A DNA stretch of 63,171 bases, filler included, from Aduncisulcus paluster (taxonomy: Eukaryota), in the NCBI GenBank assembly GCA_024181965.1. It is 26 parts of 26 records of this genome, joined end to end, with 100 filler letters (N's around TTAATTAATTAA, not from the genome) between each part and the next. Parts side by side here need not be neighbours in the genome. Positions count along the whole stretch, not along the records: positions 46,770 to 49,246 come from BQXS01012154.1; positions 49,347 to 50,542 come from BQXS01012155.1; positions 50,643 to 54,538 come from BQXS01012156.1; positions 54,639 to 56,525 come from BQXS01012157.1; positions 56,626 to 60,241 come from BQXS01012158.1; 21 more parts are not named here. One strand, given 5' to 3'. Of this stretch, positions 46,770 to 58,578 are shown one piece after another; the stretch's first letter is position 1; every line of letters begins with the position of its first letter. The notes beneath the pieces were generated by a model, which was given only the letters and a program-made list of their open reading frames with translations, did not search any database and was not told the origin of the DNA. Made by a program: the position numbers and the translations under genes.

Positions 46770-49246
46770 GCAGCAACCATGACATCACCATTCCTCATTG
46801 CAGCCTCTTTCATTGCAGCAGAATCCACAACACAGCCCATAGCTTTACGAGCACGGACAAACCCAACATAAATTCCACTTTTGATCAACCTAAGAGCTTC
46901 GTCTCCTCTTCCATTACAGGCTTTCACAAGCTCATCCGCGACACCCTTTTTCATGTTTACACATTGGCAAAGCTTCCCAGACACGATATTGGTCGCCTCT
47001 GGAGTGAACACCTTCTTCTTATCGTCCCAACTAAAGAACACAGCAAACCTGTAACGAGTCCCAATGTGCAGTAAACGAGTGGAGCTGTACAGAGTTGGCC
47101 TTGGAACATACACCAGGGAGAACTTTCCAGCTATCAAATATCTGAGGAAAGTATTGTAGAAATGAACATCGGGACGCAGACCAACACAGAATCTCGCCTT
47201 AATTTCTTGAATATTTCCTCCAAATATCATGTGGGGTAGACACACTCGTTCAGTGCACCACAGGGAGAGATGATGGTGCTGATTTGTGGCAGATGACATG
47301 TTGGGATGAGGAATACTAGAAGCGGAGGGAGTCTCAGTCGTTGAGAGTGTCTTAAGGAGGGCGGTGAAGAGAGATGATGGCAAGGGAGGATAGTGCAACA
47401 GTGAGGCAGATGAGTGATGGATCATATCTTCTCGAGTACGATGGCCAGAGAAGGTCATTGAGGGAGAGAATGAATTGCCTTGACTCATCGAAAAGGAAGA
47501 AGGAGAGGCCAATGATAGGGGGGATATGATAGAAGATGTAGAAGCAACAGATGCCATCGATCCAATACTAAGGTGGGTTGTAGGATTCCATGAGACACCT
47601 GTCCCAATGTCTGAAGAAGGTAAACTGCCATATCCAAACATTTTACCATCCTTGCCGAGTCGTTTTATCCAGTTTTCCCTTTCTTTATCGACATTTTGAA
47701 CTTTTCTGAGCCAATCGCCAAGTTTTTGGGCGTCTTCTTCTCCAAGAAGAGAGAAAGGAGTGGCATCGACTGGTTTATAATAGGCATTCTCTTTCAGGGT
47801 GAACATAACAGATACGCCAGGCTTCATTCTTTTTGTAATTGAAGGAGGAACCGTCACACGGAAGAAGACAACATCCACATGCGTGCGTTCGGCAGGATCG
47901 ACAATAATAAAACCCTGGAGAGGTGCCACGGAATATCGTTTTCTTGCGGCATTTTCCTTTGGCCTAGCATGTTTGAAAGATCCAGCAATGACACTTGCAG
48001 CTGAAGTCCCCACCAGGTCACTGTTGCTGATGATACACGCTATTTTCCCTCTGATCCAGTGGAATTGGGACGGAGGAAGTGAAATAGTTCCCTGAACAAG
48101 ACATGTATTTGGAGTTCCCAGAGAGTCCATGTGCTGGGAAGTGAAATGGAGAATGTGTTTTTCAATGTCATCTGAGCCAACTGAGGCTTCTTTGCCGTCT
48201 CCTTGATCTGAATCCTTGAGAGCAGGAAGAACGACACTAACACGGCGTCCAAGAAGACTCGGATGTGAAGAAGAAGACCCTCCATTGTTGGCAATACTAG
48301 CCAAGAAAGAGTGGCTATTGTAGAAATACCACTCGTATCCATTCCTGAGGCGCACAAAGCCAAATGTTCCAGGGATACTTGATGAGGATCCACTAGGTGA
48401 AGTGAGTCCGCTTGGTTCAGCCCATTCATCAACAAGAAGGTCAATCTCATCTTTATCGTAGGTTTTCTCTTTCTCTTTCTCCTTGTCAGCTCGCTTGAGG
48501 GAGCGAGTGTCTTGCCAATACACATCACCCCACAGTTCTTGCCCATGTGACCGTGCCTCAGCAATCTGACGCTCACTTGAGCCCAGAAGCTCAACGTCCG
48601 TAGCCACGGCAATGCCTGAGGAAGATTGAGATAGTGAGAACGACACTCTCAGAGACACCAATGATGGTAGGAGTGGAAGAGTGGGCGGAGATGTCGTCGA
48701 TATTCCATCTCCGGTTTCGACAGTGTTTGTTGGGGGCTGGAATGGAGATAAAAGAGGAGTTGTTGAAGAAGAACCAGCAAATGACGATGATTTTGATACA
48801 GGGGAGTGCAGACAATCATAAGTTTGGGAGAGAATACATGAACCTATATCTTCAAATTTCTTCTTGTTGGTACCTGCGCTTTCTTTGAGTTCACTGAGGT
48901 GATCCACTAATGATCCTTCCAATTCCTCAAGCTCTTTGTCTGACCTTGGACGACCTCCCATATCTCGTCTCACTTCCCCGAGAGAACTAAACACACCACC
49001 TCCCCCGCGAATACCAAGACAGCCATACACGTTCGGCCATAACACAGTGCGATCACAGTGCATAGGGGGAGACAGAGGAGAGGAGTGAGGGTCACCAAGT
49101 TCCCGTTCTTCTTCATCGCACCAGACAATGAAAGCAATGTTCAATGAAGGAATGTGGTATCGAACAACTCCAACCAGACGGTTTGAAGGGAAAAGAGGAA
49201 GTGGGGGGGGGATCAGATAAGGATCACAGATAGAGGGATCAGGGAG
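46770..49246 (-). CDS. Large hypothetical protein with cold-shock/OB-fold-like segments (partial at both ends)
   Basis: FGFVRL..YEWYFYNS and QGFII..VVFFRV..MKPGVSVMFTL resemble cold-shock domain RNP motifs. Confidence 0.5.
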
Positions 49247-50073
49247 NNNNNNNNNNNNNNNNNNNNNNNNNNNNNNNNNNNNNNNNNNNNTTAATTAATT
49301 AANNNNNNNNNNNNNNNNNNNNNNNNNNNNNNNNNNNNNNNNNNNNTATCCTTCTTGTCTGAAACTTTATCGTACTGCAGTCAGTCTGTTACCACCTAAT
49401 ATACCCTTTAATATCCTTCAATGCCTTTCTTTTCTCTTTTTATTTCTGTCTTTTTAGTATCTCCCCTTCCCTAATAAATGCATCCGCCTCGAAAACCACA
49501 TTATTAGAACTAACTGCTTTAATATGAGAGATTGATCAATAATATCCAAATAATTTGAATTAAAACACAATAATAAGACAAATTTATTTTTTTAGATATG
49601 TTTTCTTGTTCTTTTCTCTCTAATTCCACTTCCCAAGTTTTACATAACCCCCTATTAATAATATATTTAATATTTTGGGAAATACATTTCCAACAAAACT
49701 GGTGTTACATAAACATTTCGTTTCTTTCCCATTTTTAGCGGGAATGGCGGATTGTAAGAGGAAATCCATGTTGTAAACATTCAATGTCCAGTTGGCGGCA
49801 ATCTGAACATCAAATATGTCTGAATGAGGTTAGAATTCTTGTCGAGTCCGCAGCAAGTATATCTGGATGTTGATTAATATGACACTTGTCAGGGTTCAAG
49901 ACTTGAGTTCATCTCAACAAAGGTCTCAAGTCCAACATCATTCAAGGACTCCGCAAGAGTTTTCACAATACAGTTATTCTACCGGATTCAGGCTCCCGTG
50001 ACAGCCCCCCGTACATACTTTACCATGACATACATTCATTCTTCTCCTCTATTTATCATACAGATGATGATCT

Positions 50074-50541
50074 TCACTCTTTCCCTTCCATTTCTTCTTC
50101 TTCTTCCGCCTCTCTAAAGTGGGCTATGAATGTGTTTCTCACCGTGTACAGAATTTCAACAATTGGTTTCCCCTCACACTCTTTCTTGCATTCTTCAAAT
50201 CTATCCTTTTTTAATTCAGGAACACACTTGGATATCATTAACATGTCACTTCCCTCTGGAATATGGATACAGAATCTGCACGTATAATCCTTGTCGGGGA
50301 TTAGGTGTGTGAAAGTAAAAGTCTTCTCCGAGGTTAGTGGATCAATATCAAGCGAAATTCCGAAATATTTTTCAAAGAGGAGGAGCTGGGCATCAATTTG
50401 AGCCGCTTCTTTCTTCAATCGAGTCTGAAAACTATTTTCACGTACAATCAATGCATTATACAGTTCCTTTTCTTTCTGGAAATGTGCTTCAAAATCCTTT
50501 CTTTCAGCATCTTCAGCTTCTGACAATTTCAATTCACGCTC
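50074..50541 (-). CDS. SPC25: Kinetochore Ndc80-complex subunit Spc25-like (5' partial)
   Basis: Coiled coil followed by RWD-like FEKYFGISL..FTFTHL..F.I..ISKCVPEL..LYTVRNTF. Confidence 0.65.
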   Translation of the reverse strand, partial: ERELKLSEAEDAERKDFEAHFQKEKELYNALIVRENSFQTRLKKEAAQIDAQLLLFEKYFGISLDIDPLTSEKTFTFTHLIPDKDYTCRFCIHIPEGSDMLMISKCVPELKKDRFEECKKECEGKPIVEILYTVRNTFIAHFREAEEEEEMEGKE

Positions 50542-50643
50542 GNNNNNNNNNNNNNNNNNNNNNNNNNNNNNNNNNNNNNNNNNNNNTTAATTAATTAANN
50601 NNNNNNNNNNNNNNNNNNNNNNNNNNNNNNNNNNNNNNNNNNA

Positions 50644-53316
50644 AAGTCCTCCTCTTCTTCTTTTTCCTCCTCTTCTTTTTCCTCCTCTTCTTCCTCTATT
50701 CGTCGCTCTAGCTCCACTTCTACGCTTGTCAAGAATCATCACAGTCGGAGTGATATCAGAGCACCCTCTTCAACGCTCTCAACAGTGGATTCTATCCCTT
50801 CTCATGAAAGGGAAGATGGGAATACTATGGATGATATCAACCCCTTGTCTTCATTCACACCTCTCTCATTTATGCTAAATAGGATGTCAAAGTCCCATTC
50901 ATCGCAATCATTCAGTAGAAACTATGATGGAATTTTAGGAGAACAAGAAAGCTTGGGGACAAAAACACTGACAAAAGAGGAGATTAGAGAAGAGATTGCA
51001 GCTCAGAAAGAACGACAAGATGAGCAAAAAAAATGGCAGTTCCTTCTTTCTGGTGGAACTCTTTCCGAGAATGGCTCAATTCAGTCTAGTCCTTCTCATA
51101 ATCCTAAATTTAGAGATGGTCTTGAGTCTATATCATCCCCAGTAGAAGCTACGTCTGGAGCCTCCACAGCTGAATCTAACAAGTCAACGTCTACTATCGG
51201 TGTGTCAACAGCCTCTATTAATAAGACAAATTCTATTAATAGGACAATTTCTACAACCGATCAGATTCGTCCCTTTAATGTTGTATCTGAGGAAATTGAA
51301 CACGATCGGGTATTTTCTCATTCATCCTCCTCTGGACTTGACGAGGAATATCCAAGATCTCCAGGGAAGGAGAGTAGCAAATTTGAGAAGGGAAGAGAAG
51401 AGAATGACATGAGTTTAGGGCAGCATGGTGGACCGATTCAGAGCAAATATTCCCTTTCGATTGATTCTCTGCCTTCTTCTGGCATTAAAAACAGAGATAT
51501 CTCAACTCAGGGCAAACGATCAGGTGGAGGACAGAATGTTGTTGCTTTTGAAACGGATATTTCACATTCTATTGGATATTCTTCCTCCTTTGTGCCTCAA
51601 CATTCCACATACGATGCCATTCATACCCCCCGAGCCTTTCCAACAGTGTCTTCACCGGTCATCCTTGTAGATGCATATTCTTCTGATAAACCCGTATCTA
51701 AGGAGTATCGTGAAGAGCATGTTCACAAATCCAGTGTTAAATCTGAGCCATATGTTGAAGATCGTGGAGATGGAGAGAAAGAGAAGGAAGGGAGAAAGGA
51801 AGAACCAGAGCAGTGTAATGTGGTTGTTCATGGAGATGTTATCTTAGAGGAGGAACAGGAAGGTATTTCTGAGCACCCATTTACTGCATTGGAACAAATA
51901 TCATGTCCTAGTGGTAACTATGCTATGGGTAGAACTGTTGAATACTCCAACTCAACAGAGCGAGATGATTCATCTCCAGAGATTATCAAGGATGATCAGG
52001 AGGACGAAGCGATGCAACCTTCCCGTTGTTTGATGGAAGATAACAAAGATATTGATGACAGAATGTATGAGGAAGAAGAGGAAGAGGAGGAAGAAGAAGA
52101 GAGAGAAGAAGGCGAAGAAGAACAAATAATTCAATCTCCGGATGCTCTATCCTCTCATCGTGATAGCTTGGGACTCTACTATTCTGGTAAAACAGCCTCT
52201 CATTTAGAATCCACGATAGCTCAAGATGTATCTGTATCCACTGCATATTCATTCTTGTCCCTGTCTGAAACCATGCGAAACGAGCAACAAAAGCGACAGA
52301 AGGAACTCATTCATGCAGAAGAAGAGCGTCTTGCCAATACTTTGGTCCATCGAGATGAGGTTATTCAGAAATTACAAGAAGAACGGGATGGAATGATGGT
52401 TGAAATCTCCCGAGAATGGCATGAAAGGGTCACTGAGCTTCACGATAGTGTTGAGATTCATAAGCTTAGAGTCGATGCAAAAATAATGGAACGTGACGCC
52501 GAATATAAGACCAAAAAACAAGAACAACGTGAAAAATGTTTTCAATTGACGCGAGAATCCAAGCAAAGAAATGAGACTTTGCATCAGGTCTCTATGAGGA
52601 AGCGATCCAATTTATTGGCAGATATTGTTGCTTGCGAGAAGAAATACAAGGATGATCAGACAAAACTGGTGAGATTTGCCCTCTCCGTTGATGATAAAGA
52701 GAAGCTTTCTCTCTCCTCTTCCTCTTCCTCCTCTTCTTCTTCACACAATCCACTGCCTGTGTCTCTTCTATCGTCTCTGTCAAAGATGAGGGATCTGACA
52801 GTATCTTCGTATATGTTTCCCAGTAAGAAGGCTCAAATATTATCCCAAATGATGGAGAGTTTGAAGAGTTCTTTGGCATCTCTGAGGCATCAGCAACAAG
52901 TTTGTGTGTCATTGCAACAGGAACAAGGGAAAAGTTCTGAAATCGGTGATACCGTTCTAAAATTAGAACTCCAAAAGCAGAAACTCCAACGTGAAGTCCG
53001 AACACTTCATGAGAAAATATCTATCAAAAGAGAACGAGAAAGGCTGGAACGTCAAAGGAAAAGTAAGGCTGGACCATCTCATAGTCAATCTGGGCACCAA
53101 TGGAGAGAATCCGTTGATAAATCCGAAACAATTAAGCCAATTTCAAGGCTTTCAAGGCCAATAAGTAGAAGAGAGGTGGGAGAAAGTCGTGTTTCAAGGG
53201 AAACTAGACTTATTGGAGATTCAACAAGTGTTTACAGTTCATCTTCTCTCTCTCCTCTTGGTAAAAAACCCCTTGAATCAATTATATTTAATTCTAGTAA
53301 TATCTTGCACTTGTAA
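50644..53316 (+). CDS. Hypothetical low-complexity and coiled-coil protein (5' partial)
   Basis: Frame open for about 890 codons; C-terminal heptads. Confidence 0.75.
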   Translation, partial: KSSSSSFSSSSFSSSSSSIRRSSSTSTLVKNHHSRSDIRAPSSTLSTVDSIPSHEREDGNTMDDINPLSSFTPLSFMLNRMSKSHSSQSFSRNYDGILGEQESLGTKTLTKEEIREEIAAQKERQDEQKKWQFLLSGGTLSENGSIQSSPSHNPKFRDGLESISSPVEATSGASTAESNKSTSTIGVSTASINKTNSINRTISTTDQIRPFNVVSEEIEHDRVFSHSSSSGLDEEYPRSPGKESSKFEKGREENDMSLGQHGGPIQSKYSLSIDSLPSSGIKNRDISTQGKRSGGGQNVVAFETDISHSIGYSSSFVPQHSTYDAIHTPRAFPTVSSPVILVDAYSSDKPVSKEYREEHVHKSSVKSEPYVEDRGDGEKEKEGRKEEPEQCNVVVHGDVILEEEQEGISEHPFTALEQISCPSGNYAMGRTVEYSNSTERDDSSPEIIKDDQEDEAMQPSRCLMEDNKDIDDRMYEEEEEEEEEEEREEGEEEQIIQSPDALSSHRDSLGLYYSGKTASHLESTIAQDVSVSTAYSFLSLSETMRNEQQKRQKELIHAEEERLANTLVHRDEVIQKLQEERDGMMVEISREWHERVTELHDSVEIHKLRVDAKIMERDAEYKTKKQEQREKCFQLTRESKQRNETLHQVSMRKRSNLLADIVACEKKYKDDQTKLVRFALSVDDKEKLSLSSSSSSSSSSHNPLPVSLLSSLSKMRDLTVSSYMFPSKKAQILSQMMESLKSSLASLRHQQQVCVSLQQEQGKSSEIGDTVLKLELQKQKLQREVRTLHEKISIKRERERLERQRKSKAGPSHSQSGHQWRESVDKSETIKPISRLSRPISRREVGESRVSRETRLIGDSTSVYSSSSLSPLGKKPLESIIFNSSNILHL

Positions 53317-53540
53317 AATATACCTCAGCCTTTTTTGTTATAAATATAGTATATTTCTATCTAATTATTGTACAATTGAAATATCTAAAGATTTCTCTTC
53401 ATTTATCAAATGTTGTTATTTATCCAATTTATTTTGTCATGTATTTCGTTGTAATTCATTTATTCTCGTTTTCCTTTTCTCTTGTGTCATTTTATTCTAA
53501 GGATCTAATACATTACTATACAATCCTTCCGATTGAAATG

Positions 53541-53645
53541 TATAGTATAGTATAGTATAGTATAGTATAGTACAGTATAGTATAGTATAGTACAGTATAG
53601 TATAGTATAGTATAGTATAGTATAGTATAGTATAGTATAGTATAG
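53541..53645. repeat. (TATAG)n pentanucleotide microsatellite
   Basis: About 21 copies visible. Confidence 0.97.
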
Positions 53646-54639
53646 AGCACAGTCATTGTAGTAGATAATCTCATTGTGATCACAGATACTTTTAGTCTTT
53701 TCCGTGGCTTTTTATTGCTATAAAAAATAATGATGTAGTATCATACTAGTAGTATGATTAAATTACATGTCTAATAATCAAGCAGGGATAAAGAATGAAT
53801 GATAAATCCCGGAAAGACTCCTAAAAATTCACTACAAGAAAGACGAGATTTCCAGTTCAATAATAATAAAAGTAATAATAAAACTAAATTATTAGTAAAA
53901 ATAAAATTTGGAGTTAAATCAAACACAGTACAGTAGAGATAATTCCATAAAGGCACAAAAACGTTACAACACATTGCGTATAAAGAAAATAAAGCAAATA
54001 ATATGTCTAATGATTAAGTTACAAATATTATTGGAATATCAACAATAATAAAGATAAAAAATAATATCAAATATTATTCGAAAGAGGAGAGGAGAGGAGA
54101 ATACAGAATAGAGATGGAGAGAAAGAAATAATAGTATAGAAGAAAGCATTGAAGGAACCTGACAAAAAAAGACAATGGATAAAAAATGGAAGACAAATAA
54201 AGCACAAAGAATAAAATAATAAATTCAAAACTCATTTTATCCCGTAAATTTCATAACAAAGCAAATAAATATACTCTGAAATGAAAACTATACAATAAAT
54301 ATGATGATTTGAGAACCGGCTTTTTCAAAAGGAAAAGACATTTTTTAAAACTTTTTATCCACAGATGTTTAAACGATATTTTTTGATGGTTTTCTCTTCT
54401 TTGTTTTAGAGGACAGAGAGGTACAGGTCGAAATTGGGACTCTAGCCGAGTGAACAACAGAGCCTTTGTGATGAGTTCCTTCAATGGAAATATATCTCGG
54501 AGATCTCACATGATCATGTTGGGTTGATTTTTTGGGACNNNNNNNNNNNNNNNNNNNNNNNNNNNNNNNNNNNNNNNNNNNNTTAATTAATTAANNNNNN
54601 NNNNNNNNNNNNNNNNNNNNNNNNNNNNNNNNNNNNNNA

Positions 54640-55512
54640 CATGATTTTCCCCGTCGTTTTGAAGATTCTGACATACACCTTTCCATCCCTCGTCCAAAAC
54701 CTAGTGTTCTATTTTTAGGTGGAGATGATGACTCTGTGTTTGCGACTGCAAAGTGTGAAGCGTCATTTCCACCCTTTTTCCCCCCACCTCCATCATCTCA
54801 CTCATTACATTTCCGCAAGAAACAAACACTCGATCCTCGAACTAAAACAGGCAAAAAAGAGCAAGGAAGTACGGGAAAGAAGGGAGAAGAAGGAAGGAAA
54901 GATGAATCAAATCCTCCCTGGGATAGCAAAATGCAAGATCATTTCTCTGAAATGGTTGAAATCGGGGATAAAGTATCACCAACTGGAGAAGAAGATTGTC
55001 TTGAAATGGCAATAGTTGGTTTAATGGGTGCAGATGGAAAGTTAGCCTTTAGTGCCTTGTGAATCCTCCACAGAATTATGATGCGTGCTTCTGCGCAGAA
55101 CAAGAAGAAACCATCCTCCACATTTGATTCTATCACTCCGATGGGCCTTGTGAGTACTGATTCAGCGACCGGAACTGAATTTGATGATGCTTCTCAAAAG
55201 GATATCGATGATGTTTCCTCTGCTCTGTTTGGACAATCCACAGGTCCAGGGGATTCTTCAACAGAAGTCCAAGCTCCAAACACGGACGAAGATCTTGCTA
55301 AGCTACTCTTTGAAAGGACCAGTTTGATGAGACAATTGAAGAAGGAAAAACAGGCTCGAATGAAGGCAGAAGCCAACGAAGAGCGGCTTAAGGGTATTGT
55401 TCGGCGGTTGAAATTGCAAGTAAGTGAAAAGAAAGAACGTCAACGCGCATTTCTTCGAGAAAAAGGAGCAGATCCTGAACGACTCCTTGATATTCAAGAA
55501 GAATTGTTTTGA
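54640..55512 (+). CDS. Hypothetical protein(s): two in-frame ORFs separated by a single TGA (55060-55062)
   Basis: Frame open 54640-55059 and 55063-55512; C-terminal coiled coil. Confidence 0.55.
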
Positions 55513-55891
55513 TCTGTGATGTATGATCAACTTTTTATGTTTATATTCAATATAAATCCCAATACAATTTATCCATTGTAACTTGTTTTATTTTACTCTT
55601 GTCTAAGCACTAACTAGAGTCCAAATTTGCCAGGTTAGTCGACTACAACCATAATCATTGCGATGAATGACTTCGTTTTCACTAGAAGCTTATATGATCG
55701 GTATATAGTCAATAAAGTTACTTATTGGATATTAAAACGGACTGAAATTCAATATTATTCCTTATTTTGATGTTATATCGAAATGTTTTCGTTGGTTATT
55801 TTGATTTTCTGCTGTTTGGGGAAATCCAACAATCTACAATCTACAGTATATTGATTTTCTTTCATAAATATTTGGTTACATCGATCTGTCT

Positions 55892-56525
55892 ATGATAAAT
55901 AGTATATCACAAGATCTCCCGCCCTCTAACTTTAAAATATCAACTAGGGCTCGGGTTTCTAGGATTAAATCTATTTTCTATGGTGTTCCCGTAATATTTA
56001 ACTCTTTATATTATCTTTCTATCGCTTTTTTTATTTCCCTTATTTCTATTGTCTCTTTATGTAATTCAATGTATTCAATCTCTGTAGATAGTTATCCCGA
56101 TGAATATCAAGTTTATATTCCCGATGACTTGCTTAGACTCAACTTATGTGAGATGTACACATATGATTTTGATATAGGTCTGTGTGATATCTCGAAATAC
56201 CAGATTGCAAGTCTTGACTCTCCAATGATGGGATCTATGTTATATGGCGACTATCCACCAATCAATGATGTTACTGGAATCCAATATCTTATGTATCCAA
56301 CAGATCTTACTTTCACGGGGAACCCAATCTCAAATTCAACAAGTTTTTCAAACCTATTCCAACTCAATTCAATCGATATCTCCGAACCAAACGGGACATC
56401 TATTCAAAACTTTAACGATTTCCAGGAGATTACTCGTCTGAATTCAATGTACGTGACTACTCATCCTGCCACATATGATATCTCTATATTTTTCCGAAAT
56501 ATTGGGCTTAAACAATTTACTATTT
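55892..56525 (+). CDS. LRR surface-protein family N-terminus (3' partial)
   Basis: Hydrophobic N-terminal segment, IPDDLLR..LC cap, INDVTGIQYL, LNSIDIS. Confidence 0.7.
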
Positions 56526-57093
56526 NNNNNNNNNNNNNNNNNNNNNNNNNNNNNNNNNNNNNNNNNNNNTTAATTAATTAANNNNNNNNNNNNNNNNNNN
56601 NNNNNNNNNNNNNNNNNNNNNNNNNACTTAACATCATGAAGGAGAACAGAAGATATTTTATAATTCGATATGTTGGCAAAACTGGGACTTATGAAACGAT
56701 TTTGTGTCGGGAGTGGATTCACAAGGATGACATACAATATATGGAACAAATAAAATTTCCATATATTTTTATTTAAACGTTATATGACATCCCATTCCAA
56801 AGTTGTCCATTGGCGATTGTGAGATTTTGTGGCCATCTTTTGCCGTGTTATAAACATATTATATATTTACTGTATGTCAGTTATTTTATTTAATGCACAT
56901 TAAGACATATTTTAATCGTTGTCGCCCCAATTCACTCACTATTTTGCTGTTTTTGTTTGTTTGTTGTTCCTTGTTCGTTTGTCGTCTTTTTCTGTCGGAC
57001 TGTCCTCCTTGATTTTCGCAATGTTCGATATTCACAAAAAATTATTCTTCTCTGCTTATTTTTGTTTTAAGATAATATTCTATCTCTAGGCAA

Positions 57094-58192
57094 ATGATTT
57101 CATCCACTGGTGTTATTCAAACTGTGGAAGCTGAGATAATTCATGAAGGAAATTTTAAATGCTGTCCAATTCCTAGAGATTCCTCCAATATTAAGAGCGT
57201 AGCATTCCCAAGAATCGAAGCCATAGATGGAACCAAGAAAGAAAGTGATATTGAATACAATCAGAGTTTTAGAGCCCAGTTGATGATGAAAGGACGGGTT
57301 AATTGTGGGCATTTTACCGATATCTCCATCCCTTTCTCTTCATCTTCCCCAATGAAAGGGGCTTATATCTGTCTAGATGGTTATCCTCCGTCTCCAACAC
57401 ATCTTATCTTTACTCTTACATCTTCAAAGGGTGAGAAAACATTCAAGAAATACGAATTTCCTGAATTTACTGGATTCCAATGGTATTTCCTTCCTATTGA
57501 TTTGGATGATGTTGTCCTGTGTGAGATTACTGGGAAAGGAAGAGAGAGGTATTTTATAATCAATTCTCTTATTTTTATTCAGAAAGAAACTCTTGAAGAA
57601 ATCATAGTTCGTGAAGCCAGAGAGAAACTATGGTCTGAAGCTCCAGTTGTGAAACCAGAGTTTGTTAAGGAAGGAGATAAAGAATCTGAAGGTAGTCCAA
57701 AGAGATTCTATTCCCATTCCACATGATGATCCAAAGCTTGTTGATCCTTCATTCTCAATGGTTAAGTGCAAGAATGATTCGCTTTGTAAGGAATCTGAGT
57801 ATTATGATCGGAGTTCACAAGCACAAGCAATGTTAAAAGGGGAATGTGGTGTCGCTTTATCCCATCTTTCTATCCCTTTCCCATCACCTAGTCCAATGAA
57901 AGGTGCTTATATCTGTGTAAAAATGTATTATAGTTCACCCTTTCTTCTCTTCACTTTCACTGATTGTGATGGTAAGAAGACATCCAAGAAGTATGAATTC
58001 ACAAGATCTAAACATGAATATGAATGGCACTTCCTTCCCATTGATTTGGATAATGTTATATTGTGCGAGATTGAAGGGAAAGGAATGTGGATGGAGAAGA
58101 ATAGTCGATATTTCTACATCTACTCCCTTGTATTTACTATGCCCGAGGAAACCATTGCAGCTGAACGATTATCATTCCTTCCATGGAAATAA
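57094..58192 (+). pseudogene. Lineage-specific two-domain repeat protein, frameshifted near 57696
   Basis: Two homologous domains (PIPxD..AQxMxKG..SIPFxSxSPMKGAYIC..KKYEF..WxFLPIDLDxVxLCEI) in different frames. Confidence 0.8.
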
Positions 58193-58578
58193 TCCTCTCC
58201 AAGGATAATGATATCATCTAAAAAGAAGGACATTGTACTTTTATCCCCTTGCGTCTGTCAGTCTTCTCAGAAATAATCGTTTGACAGATGTCTGATATGA
58301 TATCAGTGATATGAATCACATGGTTTACCAAGATGATAGATGCCGATTGGAGATGTTAGAGTTATTGAAGGAGGCGGATTTTCCGAGTTTGATGAGGTTA
58401 TTGGTATTTCCTTCATGTTGATTTCCCTGATGTTGTCACCATAATACCCCATTTCATCCATACTAACTTGTTGTCTCATGTTCCATTTGTTTCGTTTCGT
58501 TTCGTTTTGTTTCGTTTCGTTGCCCGTTTATTGAAGGAAAAGTCGATCAACTGGAATTAACCAATTGTAAAATAAACC

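Noticed and set aside
21478..55062. Genome-wide stop-codon reassignment (TAA/TAG to Gln as in hexamitids)
   Set aside because: Long ORFs are open in the standard code and end at TAA, TAG and TGA; only isolated in-frame stops occur
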